Positions 38,896-49,100 of a stretch of DNA of 64,000 nucleotides are shown piece after piece; position 1 is the first letter of the stretch; every line of letters starts with the position of its first letter. A program made the translations under genes and the position numbers. The DNA comes from Escherichia coli (lineage in GTDB: Bacteria > Pseudomonadota > Gammaproteobacteria > Enterobacterales > Enterobacteriaceae): NCBI RefSeq assembly GCF_016026235.1, contig NZ_CP065613.1, one strand, 5' to 3'. Under the pieces are notes generated by a model. The model searched no databases. It saw nothing but the letters and a program-made list of their open reading frames with translations, and had not been told where the DNA came from.

Positions 38896-39543
38896 TCAGC
38901 GACCAATCACCACAACCTGACCACCATCCCCTTCGTCTGCCGTGCGGATCTCCTGAGAGACCACCCGCGACCCCACGCGCATTTCACCGTACAGAACGGG
39001 CAGAACATTGCCCTGGGCAACCATGTTATCCAGTGAGGAGAAATAGGTGTTCTGTTTGCCGTTATCTGTACTTGCTGCCGTGGGCGTCCTGGCTTTCGGT
39101 GCCAGCATCTGCGCCACTCCGCCCAGGATCATACTGGCCCCTGCCGCATACATGCCCGATACAGCCGCGGCACCCAGCCAGCCCACAGGGTTCCACCATG
39201 CCACCGCAATCAGCGCCACCCCCAGCACCACCTGAAACACACTGCCACTTTTAGCTCCCGCCAGACGCGGCACGATGTGGATCACGGCACCATTTGCCAG
39301 CGGCTCATTAAGACGGGCAGACAATTCGGTTTCACCTGCATCACGCCCGGCAATGCGTACCTGGTACCAGCCGTCGCTCAGTTTCTGACGAAACGCCGGG
39401 ATCTGCATGGCCAGCGCCCGGATGGCTTCGGACCCCGTTTTCACTCGAAGGTCGATGCGGCGGCCAAATCGTTGTAAATCCCCGTAAAGGCAGATGCGTG
39501 CCATGCCCGGTGACGCCAGAGGGAGTGTGTGCGTCGCTGCCAT
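38896..39543 (-). CDS. Tail assembly protein I (lambda gpI-like)
   Basis: 215-aa ORF in lambda gene order. Confidence 0.85.
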   Translation of the reverse strand: MAATHTLPLASPGMARICLYGDLQRFGRRIDLRVKTGSEAIRALAMQIPAFRQKLSDGWYQVRIAGRDAGETELSARLNEPLANGAVIHIVPRLAGAKSGSVFQVVLGVALIAVAWWNPVGWLGAAAVSGMYAAGASMILGGVAQMLAPKARTPTAASTDNGKQNTYFSSLDNMVAQGNVLPVLYGEMRVGSRVVSQEIRTADEGDGGQVVVIGR

Positions 39544-40193
39544 TTGTCGGTGTACCTCTCTCGTTTGCTCAGTTGTTCAGGAATATGGTGCAGCAGCTCG
39601 CCGTCACCACAGTAAATGGCGGCATGATTCGGCACCGATGAACCAAAACAGCACAGCAGCACATCGCCCGGCTGCGCCGCTGACAACGGCACCTGATACA
39701 GCCCTGTGGCCTCCAGATTATCCAGATAGAGATTCTGACCGTTACGCCACCAGTCATCCTCGCGATGAAAATCCGGCATCTCAATCCCCGCCAGATGGTA
39801 AGCATCCCGGAACAGCGTGTAACAGTCCGTCACCCCGTGCTCAAAGCGCCGCCCGGAAAGATGTGGCACACAGCGGAACTTGTGAATCGCCCCCCGGCAA
39901 ACCAGCCACCACGGCAAATCACTCTGCACCTGCAGCCGCCGGTCGGTCTCACTCAGCCAGGGCAGACCACCGGGGTGGCTGTGGACCAGCGCCACAATCT
40001 CACCCTGCATCTCTGCCCGCAGCCAGTCCTCCGGCGACATCCGGAAATACTCCTCCGGCTCACCGGAGATATTCACGCAGGGAAAATATCTTTCCCCCTC
40101 CGGTGTTCTCACCACGAAGCCGCACGACTCCGCTGGCGCACATCGCCGGGCGTGCGCCAGAATCGCTGATTCTGTCTCTGTCATGGGATTCAC
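39441..40193 (-). CDS. Tail assembly protein K (lambda gpK-like, MPN/NlpC-P60 type); 3' end overlaps I
   Basis: 250-aa ORF with HSHPGG (JAMM-like) and Cys-His peptidase-type motifs. Confidence 0.8.
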   Translation of the reverse strand: MNPMTETESAILAHARRCAPAESCGFVVRTPEGERYFPCVNISGEPEEYFRMSPEDWLRAEMQGEIVALVHSHPGGLPWLSETDRRLQVQSDLPWWLVCRGAIHKFRCVPHLSGRRFEHGVTDCYTLFRDAYHLAGIEMPDFHREDDWWRNGQNLYLDNLEATGLYQVPLSAAQPGDVLLCCFGSSVPNHAAIYCGDGELLHHIPEQLSKRERYTDKWQRRTHSLWRHRAWHASAFTGIYNDLAAASTFE

Positions 40194-40888
40194 TGCGAAA
40201 GTTTGTTAATGGAAAGGAAGCCGCCAAAGTTGCCGACGTTATTGCGAAACTTACAGCCGCTCAGGCATTTGCTGCATTTATCCTTCGTGATATCGGAGGT
40301 CGGCTGGTCATATTCATCCGCGACCGCCGGACCGTGATAACCGCACTCATCACCGCGATAGGTCCAGGTGCAGGTATTAGCCAGCATGATGCGCCCCGGA
40401 AAAACAGCGCCGTCCGTTTCCGTCGGCGTGGACAGTACAAAAGAGGCACTCACCGCGCTCAGTTCGCTGCACTGCTCGATGCGCCAGCGGCTGATCACCT
40501 CCTGCTCCGGATCGGCGTCACTGTTTCCGTTGACGAAGTTCACCGCATCCAGAAAACGGGCGTAAACCTTACGCCGGACCACCGTTCCTCCGACCAGACT
40601 CTGCAGGTCTTCCGCCATCCCGGTGACCATGCCGTGCAGGTTAGAAACCGTCAGTGTCGGACGGGCAGCACTGCCTTTGCCGTTCAGTTCAAATCCCGTC
40701 CCCTGAATGGGATACGCCTGATACTGTCGCCTCTGCCAGGTGACCGGCTCACCTTTATCGTTCTGCTCATTACAGAAAAAATAACGCTCACCACCGACCT
40801 CTGTCAGATCGATTTCCCAGAGCTCCACCCGGACTGACTGCTCCGCACGGGTGCATTCATTCAGTGTTTCCTGCCGGATATCCTGCAT
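40190..40888 (-). CDS. Minor tail protein L (lambda gpL-like)
   Basis: 232-aa ORF, same length as lambda L, in order. Confidence 0.85.
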   Translation of the reverse strand: MQDIRQETLNECTRAEQSVRVELWEIDLTEVGGERYFFCNEQNDKGEPVTWQRRQYQAYPIQGTGFELNGKGSAARPTLTVSNLHGMVTGMAEDLQSLVGGTVVRRKVYARFLDAVNFVNGNSDADPEQEVISRWRIEQCSELSAVSASFVLSTPTETDGAVFPGRIMLANTCTWTYRGDECGYHGPAVADEYDQPTSDITKDKCSKCLSGCKFRNNVGNFGGFLSINKLSQ

Positions 40889-41217
40889 CAGTTCACCACC
40901 TGTTCAAAATCGGCCGTTACAGTCACCCATAACGCCCCCACGCTTGCCGACCATTTACGACAAACCACCCTGATCGGTTTCCAGTCATAAGGTGGCGTCC
41001 ACTGAAATGCGCGGACGCCACCGTGCCGTTCCAGAAAGGCTTTTAAAGATGGGTGTTCACATTTACGAACACGTATCGTCACGCTGTAAATCGACAACTG
41101 GTTATTCAGTCCCGCCGCACGACGCTGTTCATAACCATCGCCCAGCTTCACTGTCACCACTTTCGGCTCTGATACCACATTCATATCCGGGCGCACTTTC
41201 CAGTGAAACGTCTCCAT
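40888..41217 (-). CDS. Minor tail protein M (lambda gpM-like)
   Basis: 109-aa ORF, same length as lambda M. Confidence 0.85.
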   Translation of the reverse strand: METFHWKVRPDMNVVSEPKVVTVKLGDGYEQRRAAGLNNQLSIYSVTIRVRKCEHPSLKAFLERHGGVRAFQWTPPYDWKPIRVVCRKWSASVGALWVTVTADFEQVVN

Positions 41218-44200
41218 TACCGATATGCTCCACTTAACCGACCACCATCACGGGCCTGCTGTTGCATAAAGTCCGCTGCCGCTTTTTTCCCAAGGTCATA
41301 AACCACCTTCAGGGCAGCCGGACCTATCTGCCCGTTCGTGCCATCGTTATTGATCTCGATGTTGTACTGCGGGGCAAACATCGCCATACCTGAACCACCA
41401 ATATCCGCCACAACCCCCAGCTTACCGTCAGCACCACGACGCAGTGGCAGAATGGCTTCAGGTCCAGCTTCCCCCATCACACCCGCGCCTTTTGCAAAAG
41501 CAAAAAACGTCGGACGGTTAACCACCGTGCCACTGTAACGACTCAAATCAGCAGACTGATAAATCCCCCCATTGGCATTCAGGGAAAGGCTGCTGAGATC
41601 AAATCCCAGTACACTGCCAATCCCTTTTATCGATTTCATCATGGTTGCCTGCGCCAGGATTTTCGCCATATCTGACAGCACCGAAGAGGTGAAGGATTTG
41701 AAGTTGAGTTTGCCGGTAGTGACAAAAGTTGCCAGGCCATTTCCCATGTTGCTGAAGGCTGATGAGAACACCTGTTCTGCTGTTCCTGCCGTATTGTCTG
41801 CATCCACGGTAAAATCCTGAAATGCACGCAGGACTCCGTTTTTCCAGTTACCCTGCACAACTTCAAGCTGTTGCCAGTAACGGCGATTCTCATTCAGTTG
41901 TCGGTTCAGGCTCTCCGTCAGCGCCTGCTCGGCCTTTCTGTAGTCATCCGTGTTATATGTCCCTTTCTGCTCACTATCCCGCCTCAACTGCTCCAGCTGT
42001 TGCTGGTATTTCTGGCGAAGACTCAGTTGTACCTGATATCGCTGCCGCTGCTGATCACCCATACCCACCGTGGCGATATCCAGGTCATGTTGCTGACGCT
42101 GAGCGCGCTCTTCTTCAGCCAGTTGACTGGTCAGCTGAATTGTTTTTTTCTTCAGATCGTTGAGTGCCGTTTGTTTCTGAAGCTCCTGCTGTTTTACATC
42201 CAGCAGCGTCAGTGCCTGAATCAGCTCATTCTTACGGGCCAGCACACTCTTTTCATCTGCCGTCAGCTTTTTCCCGTCCAGGTCGCTGATGCGCTGCTGC
42301 AGGGCCAGAAGCTGTTTATGCGCTTCAGTCATCCTTTCAGTGGCAATGCCTGCTGACTGTCTTGCAGCAGCAATCTGTCCTTCCACCTGTGCCTGTTGCT
42401 GACTGTACTGCAGCAATAACCGGGTGGCCTCATCATTACGGGTTTCGCGTGTTTTTTTCTTACCGGATGCCAGGGCTTTCTCGTAACGTTCATTTTCACG
42501 TTGTATCGCCGCATCCCTGACAGCCTGGTCGGCGTACTGCATGGCATTAATACGCGCAATTTCACGCTGATGTCGTGCTGCTTCCGTTTCATTCATCCGG
42601 TTCAGTGCAGCATTTTCAGCATTACGTCGTTTCTGTTGCTCCTGATAATTCCGCTCTGCCTGCTCTTTTGCATCCTGCAAATCCTTCTGGCGTTTTTTCT
42701 CCTGAAGATCGTTAAGACGCTGCTGATCGTATTCAACCTGAGAAGATGATGCCGTCCAGGGGAGTCTTTTCGCCCGCGACACTTTCTCCTGTAAAGCGGT
42801 AATCTGTTCATCCAGCGAGTCTTCACGACCAATATTCATGGCCGCATCCCAGAAACGACTCCACAAATCAGACAGATACTTCAGCGTACTGCCAAGCGCA
42901 TTGAGGTTATTATCAATATCCGCAGTACGCCGACCGGTTTCCTCTGCCAGTGCAGACATGGCTATCCGTGCAGCATCACTGGACCGTCCCTGATCCCCAA
43001 GGACACGTATCTGCTCAAGCTGAGTGGCAGTAAGAAAATGCAGCTCATTGTCCAGAGCCTTCGCGGCATTTACAGGATCATCCTTCAGCCGCTTAAACTG
43101 ATTTATGGTATCGCTGACCGACTGGCCAACCGATCGCTCCATCTGTGCGGCAGCTCTCGCCACCATACCGATATCGTTTCCACGAAATGCACCACTCCCC
43201 ACCACCTGCGCCAACGCACCGGCTGCAGCATGTTGCGTGATACCATTCCCGGAAATAGCACGACTGAGCGTCCACAGCTGCCCGGCAGTGACTCCGGCAT
43301 AATGCCCCGTCAGCGACAACTGGCGGTTAAATTCTTCCCCCTCCTTCTGACCGTCATACCAGGCTTTACCCAGACCATAGACGGCCGCGGCAATACCGCC
43401 AATAACCCCGCCAAGCATCATGCCTTTCGGTGACATCAGTGCGCCTGTCCATCCGGCACGGTTAGCCAGCGTTATCCCGGATCCCCTCAGCGCCCCTAAA
43501 TTGCCGCGGGCCAGTTCACCTATCAGAACGCCTATCTCCTGGCGGGCTGCTGCACTTTTCAGACCCAGCGAATGCGTGGCTTTTCCTGCCTGCTCCATTT
43601 TGCGGATATACACTTCTGCAGCACTGCTTACCCCCAGCTGGGCTGCCCTGGCGCGAAGCAACTCAGAAGATGAAAGATTCTGGCGGGTTGCCTGCTCTTT
43701 AAGCTGACGGATAAACGCCACTTTCTGTCGGGTAGCCTCTTCCTCAGCCTGTGTAAGAACACGGGTTTTCGCAGTAACCTCAGAAATCAGCGCCAGATAA
43801 TCCTGCTGACCAATCCCGCCACTGTTTCTGGCCTGTCGGATCTGCTGCTGAATACGCTGTAATTCCTGCAGCCCCGCACTGGCCTGTTTCACACTGTCAA
43901 TCTGACGATAAAACGCAGCAGCCGCTTTATCCTGAGCCTCCGCCAGAGCCATGGCCTGCGCCTGTTCCTCGCGCATTTTCTGGCTCAGCGCCTCCATGCG
44001 CTGGCGGGTTTTCTCCACCTCGCGGGCCATGCGTTCATGAGCCTGTGCGTTCTTCTCCACCGTCTGCGCATGGACGGATGCGGCTGTTGCAGCCGAAGAA
44101 GCCGCCTGCGTTGTCTGCCGGGCGGCCTGAGTCTGACGCTCCATAAAACGCTGCATACGGGCAGAAGACCGTTCTGCATCGCTGGCTGCACCATTCAGAA

Positions 44201-44282
44201 GGTTTTTGATACGGGGAATTTCATTTTTAAACTCTGCCGCATCAATCCCCAAATCAATGACCAGGTTGGCTATCTGGTCCAT
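41217..44282 (-). CDS. Tail tape measure protein H (lambda gpH-like), start taken at MDQIANLVIDLGIDAAEF
   Basis: ORF 41217-44312; coiled-coil-rich about 1020-aa protein with gpH-like N- and C-termini (...NNDGTNGQIGPAALK...). Confidence 0.85.
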   Translation of the reverse strand: MDQIANLVIDLGIDAAEFKNEIPRIKNLLNGAASDAERSSARMQRFMERQTQAARQTTQAASSAATAASVHAQTVEKNAQAHERMAREVEKTRQRMEALSQKMREEQAQAMALAEAQDKAAAAFYRQIDSVKQASAGLQELQRIQQQIRQARNSGGIGQQDYLALISEVTAKTRVLTQAEEEATRQKVAFIRQLKEQATRQNLSSSELLRARAAQLGVSSAAEVYIRKMEQAGKATHSLGLKSAAARQEIGVLIGELARGNLGALRGSGITLANRAGWTGALMSPKGMMLGGVIGGIAAAVYGLGKAWYDGQKEGEEFNRQLSLTGHYAGVTAGQLWTLSRAISGNGITQHAAAGALAQVVGSGAFRGNDIGMVARAAAQMERSVGQSVSDTINQFKRLKDDPVNAAKALDNELHFLTATQLEQIRVLGDQGRSSDAARIAMSALAEETGRRTADIDNNLNALGSTLKYLSDLWSRFWDAAMNIGREDSLDEQITALQEKVSRAKRLPWTASSSQVEYDQQRLNDLQEKKRQKDLQDAKEQAERNYQEQQKRRNAENAALNRMNETEAARHQREIARINAMQYADQAVRDAAIQRENERYEKALASGKKKTRETRNDEATRLLLQYSQQQAQVEGQIAAARQSAGIATERMTEAHKQLLALQQRISDLDGKKLTADEKSVLARKNELIQALTLLDVKQQELQKQTALNDLKKKTIQLTSQLAEEERAQRQQHDLDIATVGMGDQQRQRYQVQLSLRQKYQQQLEQLRRDSEQKGTYNTDDYRKAEQALTESLNRQLNENRRYWQQLEVVQGNWKNGVLRAFQDFTVDADNTAGTAEQVFSSAFSNMGNGLATFVTTGKLNFKSFTSSVLSDMAKILAQATMMKSIKGIGSVLGFDLSSLSLNANGGIYQSADLSRYSGTVVNRPTFFAFAKGAGVMGEAGPEAILPLRRGADGKLGVVADIGGSGMAMFAPQYNIEINNDGTNGQIGPAALKVVYDLGKKAAADFMQQQARDGGRLSGAYR

Positions 44283-44583
44283 AACGCACACCTCCGGAAA
44301 TACCTTCCCCAAGATGCATCAGTTCTTCGTCCGTTCGCTCCGGTATCCCGTTCTCTTCCGGTAAAAGGCTGAAATCAGCCACCGCAGCATCACTGCTGCC
44401 GGACACCATTCTCACGATCAATGCCTTCAGCGAGGCAAACTGCGCATCCATCCACACATCACTGAAGCTCTGCATCCGGAAATAATCGCCCCACTCACCA
44501 AGCTCAGTGGCCGACATTTCCGACAGCATCCGCCGCCAGTCTGCCCGCCTGAACTCCCGGGCAAGCCGCATGACAAACTGCAT
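44254..44583 (-). CDS. gpT frame of the tail assembly chaperone pair; expected to be made only as a G-T fusion by -1 frameshifting
   Basis: 109-codon ORF in the -1 frame relative to G, overlapping the G 3' end and the H 5' end. Confidence 0.55.
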   Translation of the reverse strand: MQFVMRLAREFRRADWRRMLSEMSATELGEWGDYFRMQSFSDVWMDAQFASLKALIVRMVSGSSDAAVADFSLLPEENGIPERTDEELMHLGEGISGGVRYGPDSQPGH

Positions 44584-44591
44584 TTCCCGCG

Positions 44592-44978
44592 TCAGGACTT
44601 TTCCGGCGTCAGCACCTCATGCTCCAAATCCCCGGCATTCTCAATGGCTCCCATACCGCTCAGCGACAGAACCATCTCCGCCCCCGCTCCCAGGGCATCA
44701 TACGACCATGTTGTAATAACGGATGCGCAAAGCGTCTCAACATCCTGAGACTGTTCCGCATTCCACAGTGAGCGGGAAACCAGCCAGGCATTGATATCCA
44801 TCCCCATCCGTAGAAAAGCAATCTGTCGTTCAGCCTCCGGCAGTTCTCCCTCTTCGGCATCAAACTTTGCCGTTCGCTGCTGAACAAACGCCAGATATTC
44901 AATTCTCTGCAGCCCGGACAGCTCACTGAGCACCACGGACTGCTTTTCATAATTAAACGTGCCCTGTTTCAGAAACAT
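44592..44978 (-). CDS. Tail assembly chaperone G (lambda gpG-like)
   Basis: ORF 44592-44996; start at MFLKQGTFNYEKQSVVLSELSGLQRIEYLA, similar to the lambda G N-terminus. Confidence 0.8.
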   Translation of the reverse strand: MFLKQGTFNYEKQSVVLSELSGLQRIEYLAFVQQRTAKFDAEEGELPEAERQIAFLRMGMDINAWLVSRSLWNAEQSQDVETLCASVITTWSYDALGAGAEMVLSLSGMGAIENAGDLEHEVLTPEKS

Positions 44979-45037
44979 CATGTTCTCCGGATGCAAAAAG
45001 CCCCGGATAACCGGGGCAAATGATGAGTATCGTCCTG

Positions 45038-45669
45038 TTAACCTGCGGCGCTGACAGCCACCGTAGCCACTGCCACAAAATCGCCGTCAGAAGTCATGCC
45101 CACAATGCTGACACTGCCCTGCTTCACGCCTTTCACCGTGGCAGTCTGTGGATCTGTCGAATGCACACTGATCGCTTTGTCACTGGCTCCGTCAGGTTTT
45201 ACTGTAAAGGTCAGCGTGGTGGTTGCTCCCGCTTTGACACTGGCAGATGCCGGTGCCATCGTCAGCCCGGTAACGCCCACGATTTCAGTGCCTTCCTCTG
45301 CCAGATACGGAAAACATCAACAGTACCGTTGGGATATTTGATACGAAAAGCGCAGACTTCACCGGAGTCGAACAACTGAACCAGTTTTTTCTGCCCGCTG
45401 TCCCCCGGACGCCAGGCCAGCGTCGCCGAAGTATCACCGACTGATTTCTGCCCCTGGGTTGTCGTTTTCCAGTCTGCATCTTCATCATCGAGATAAGTGT
45501 CATCTTCTGCATCAGCGGTCATTTCGCCAGGTTGCAGATCCTTCACCATCGCAAGACGCAGCCAGTCAGTGTCCGATAAAGGGTTCGCAAACGCATCGCC
45601 CTTGCCGGTATACATCCAGAACGTCGTTCCCGCACCTTTCGTTTTTGCCAGTGGATTTGGTGTGGTCAT
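45038..45669 (-). pseudogene. Major tail protein V, disrupted by an out-of-frame internal deletion
   Basis: N-terminal part ([18 protein letters not shown]...VDVFR, then 14 out-of-frame codons and stop at 45262) and C-terminal Ig-like part (...[25 protein letters not shown]...) lie in different frames; about 30 codons present in lambda V are absent. Confidence 0.65.
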
Positions 45670-45679
45670 TACCACCTCC

Positions 45680-46081
45680 TTAATTCGTGTACGTGATCTG
45701 GTACGTGATTTCCGCCATCGCCCAGGTGGCCATCTCATTATCACGTTGATAGTTAAAACCGAGTGGGATCAGGGTGTCGATGAGTCCGGAAAGTGCTGGT
45801 ACATCATTCAGGGCCGGGAAAATGGTGCTCTCCATCCACATATCCAGCTCTGAATCCGGTGCCTGTGCCCGGATGAAGACAGCAATATGCAGAACAGCCT
45901 GCCAGTCATCTTCATCCGTCATTTTTCCGGTGTACTGAGCATCACTCAGCCACACCGCCACGGCAGGCAGTTCCTGCGCATCAACAAATGCCGGAAGCCC
46001 GTCAAAAAACGTGGCGCTGTCTCCACACTGTTCCCGAAGGCGTGCCAGTACGACCTGGCGGATTTGTGTATGTCGGTTCAT
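45680..46081 (-). CDS. Minor tail protein U (lambda gpU-like)
   Basis: ORF 45680-46093; start MNRHTQIR... at 46081, overlapping the Z stop (ATGA). Confidence 0.85.
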   Translation of the reverse strand: MNRHTQIRQVVLARLREQCGDSATFFDGLPAFVDAQELPAVAVWLSDAQYTGKMTDEDDWQAVLHIAVFIRAQAPDSELDMWMESTIFPALNDVPALSGLIDTLIPLGFNYQRDNEMATWAMAEITYQITYTN

Positions 46082-46656
46082 CGGGTCAGCCATAACCTCA
46101 GTTGTTGTTTCAGTGCATACCCCAGCTGTTTCGGCATTTCCGCAGCAATGATGCGGTCGCGGGCATCTTCAAATGTCTGTGTCAGCGGTCCGGACAGCGG
46201 GATTTTCACCACATCAATGGGGTAACGATTTTTGCCATCAATACGCCGCATCACATGCCAGCGACCATTCGCCAGTTGCTGAATAAACGCATCCCGGAAA
46301 AGATATTTACCCACCTTCAGCACACTGCCACGGTACTGCAGTTTTCCACCACGCCGGGCCAGTCTGACCCGGGCTGTCCCCAGCTTAATGGCAGGCAGAT
46401 TGCCCCGGTTAACGCGGATCCTGGCCGTCATTTTTCCTGACGGACTGGCTTTAAACACCCGGACACGCTGACGTACCAGTTTCAGGGGGATCCCTTTCAC
46501 CTGGTTATCTCCCGCAACGGTATTCCCGGCAACCTGCCGGGTGGCAACCGAGACCGCTTTCTGTGCCACACGGTTTATCGCCCATGCGCTGGCCTGTGGC
46601 ACCATACGGGTATCAAGGCTGTTCAGATTGCGGATGGCATTCTCAAGCCCCTTCAT
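46078..46656 (-). CDS. Tail completion protein Z (lambda gpZ-like)
   Basis: 192-aa ORF, same length as lambda Z. Confidence 0.85.
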   Translation of the reverse strand: MKGLENAIRNLNSLDTRMVPQASAWAINRVAQKAVSVATRQVAGNTVAGDNQVKGIPLKLVRQRVRVFKASPSGKMTARIRVNRGNLPAIKLGTARVRLARRGGKLQYRGSVLKVGKYLFRDAFIQQLANGRWHVMRRIDGKNRYPIDVVKIPLSGPLTQTFEDARDRIIAAEMPKQLGYALKQQLRLWLTR

Positions 46657-46667
46657 CCCACACCTCT

Positions 46668-46943
46668 TTACTCAATAAAGATCATTGGCTTACCGTTAAA
46701 GCGTTCATGCCGTGTGACCGTCCATTGTTGTCCGTCATAAACAACGCGATCACCGCGCCGTGGGCGGTATCCCGAAGAAAACACCACCAGAGAGACCGCA
46801 GGTCCGGACAGAGCATTCAGCTCTGCCAGTGTTTCTCCCGGGATCACAGTCATATCGACATCATTAATCGAGGCTGTCTTTCCCATCTTTCTGACCGTGA
46901 TAGCATCCATACGCGCTGCCAGCCGGGAAAAGGGATCAGACAT
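46668..46943 (-). CDS. Putative head-tail joining / adaptor protein (FII-position gene)
   Basis: 91-aa ORF immediately upstream of Z; assignment by position only. Confidence 0.5.
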   Translation of the reverse strand: MSDPFSRLAARMDAITVRKMGKTASINDVDMTVIPGETLAELNALSGPAVSLVVFSSGYRPRRGDRVVYDGQQWTVTRHERFNGKPMIFIE

Positions 46944-47259
46944 TGAGTTTTACCGGCACTTCTTCTGCACTGGTTCCGGCATCTGCCCAGACAACCCCGA
47001 CCAGCGGATCAGAGCCGCTGTTAGTCAGCTGAATTTTTCCGGACTTCAGATAAACCTTCTTACCCGTTTTCATGTCATCCGTTTTCAGCTTAGGCAGCAT
47101 AAACACACCTTCGGTCATGCCGTCGCCTGTTTCACCCTGTGGAATATCGGTCAGCGCCACCGCAAAAACATCGCCCACCTGCACCAGATCTCCGCTGCTG
47201 ATGGCTGCACTGGCAACAATCGCCACCGTTTTTCCTTCTTCTACAAAATTCTTTGCCAT
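46936..47259 (-). CDS. Hypothetical phage head-associated protein
   Basis: ORF 46936-47304; probable start MAKNFVEEGKTVAIVA at 47259; sits between the capsid gene and the head-tail joining gene. Confidence 0.45.
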   Translation of the reverse strand: MAKNFVEEGKTVAIVASAAISSGDLVQVGDVFAVALTDIPQGETGDGMTEGVFMLPKLKTDDMKTGKKVYLKSGKIQLTNSGSDPLVGVVWADAGTSAEEVPVKLNV

Positions 47260-47345
47260 AACTGTCTCCGCACAGCCCCGTTCAGGGGCTGATTTCAGGT
47301 ACAAAAAAAGCCCTTACGGGCCATCAGAGATGTTGTCTGCGACGT

Positions 47346-49057
47346 TTACGCCGTACATTTCACCAGACCGCGGTGATCAACTGGCGCGACACCGGCGTCA
47401 ATACGCACTTTCGTTGTCACGCCATCCACACTGAAGCCCTCCATCTGATCAATATATGGCGTATCCACACCGTTGAGATAAGCCACTTCAATCGTATCGG
47501 AGCCTTTTGACGCAGCCAAGTAGAAGGTGGTCTGGCTGTTATCATCAAGACGAGGCTCTGCAATAACGGTCGCAAAATCTTTCACCGGGTTAATAATACC
47601 GGCGTTAATGTCAGCCCCCTTGACACTTGAGGAGCGAATGACCTGGTTAGCAACAGACTCCATCGCCGTCGGTACCAGTACGAACGCAGGACGAATATTC
47701 AGATGACGCTCCCCCTCTTTCTGAACGCGCATCAACTGGCGGGCTTTATCCAGCGATGCCACGTCCATTGCAGCGCTCTCCAGTACGTTTGCATGTTTCG
47801 CTTTATCGAACAGACTTACATTATCTGTGGAGATTTTCGGGTTAGACGTCAGAATGGCATAAACCAGATCGGCAATAGTGGATTTCGCCGCACGGCCCAG
47901 TTTCATCGGGACATCGGTCAGCATATTCAGATCATCATTGATAATGGCCTGACGGGTGATACTGAACAGCTCGCCATAGGTCGCCAGTGCAATAGTGGCC
48001 TGTTTATCTCCGGTGGTGACGTATTTATATTCCGCCCCTTCACGCACCTGACGCAGAGCACTGAAGCCCCCCATACCCACACGATGGGCAATTTTAAAAT
48101 CAGACAACTGACCTTTCCGCGTCCACTGTTCATAGGTTTCAGGGGCATCTTCCCAGCCCTGCAGAATGGCTTTGTTCGCAACATCCAGCAGAATATTACC
48201 GAAGTCAGACGTACTGTGTGTGAACGCCGCACCGACCATCTGCATCGGGTTATAACCGGAAACCCCAATACCCCGTTCAGTCAGTGACATACGGGCATAT
48301 TCACGCAGGGTCATCCCGTTGTAGACATTATCACGTTCGGTTTTTTCAAATCCGGCACGCGCCATCAGCGCCTGGCGGATCCCGTCCCCCACAAAATTAC
48401 CGTTACCGGCATAAATATGAGCCGGGGTATTTTTATTGGATGGCGTGGACTCGCGCCCCATCTCGTTCAACAGCTTTTCACGGGCCTGCTCCAGCGAACA
48501 TTCAGGATCGGCAAGACACTGAGCCTGCAGCGTCTGATAACGCCCGCCAAACATGGCAAACAGATCATTAATACCGTTTACACGCGCTTTTTGCTCTGCC
48601 AGTACCTGCGCACGGATGCTGTTTTCATCCACCACGGGTGCTGCTGCCTGCACTGGCGTCCGGGAGGCTTCAGATTCATTATCCTGTACGCGTGGAGCAC
48701 TGTTGCGTGGCGGAGTAATCATGTTTCGAATGGATTCCGGCATCTTTTTAAATTCCTCTGTACGTTTTGACTGAATACATGCCATTGCCTTAACGGCTGG
48801 CGTTACCTGATCAGCAAATCCATGTGCCAGACATTCGGCACCGGACATCCAGGTCTCATCCGCCAGCATGGCAGCAATTTCATCGGTGGTTTTCCCGGTT
48901 TTCTGTGCATAAGCGGGTAACAGAACCGCCTCAACTTTATCGAGCAGGTCGGCATAGGTGCGCATGTCCTCCGCATCACCGCCCGTAAAGCCAAATGGTT
49001 TATGAATCATCATGAAGGTGTTTTCCGGCATAATGACCGGGTTTCCTACCATCGCAA
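47346..49057 (-). CDS. Prohead protease - major capsid protein fusion (HK97-like), 5'-truncated by the IS600-like insertion
   Basis: 575-aa ORF whose first codons (TTG at 49071-49073) lie inside the IS terminal repeat; N-terminal part ClpP-like, C-terminal about 330 aa capsid-like. Confidence 0.65.
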
Positions 49058-49100
49058 TGAGGTGTACTGGCAATAGCGGACACTACCATTTGTTCTTTTT

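Noticed and set aside
39494-40837. 447-aa plus-strand ORF spanning tail genes K and L
   Set aside because: Antisense to two conserved tail genes; Arg/Pro/Ala-rich composition; artefact.
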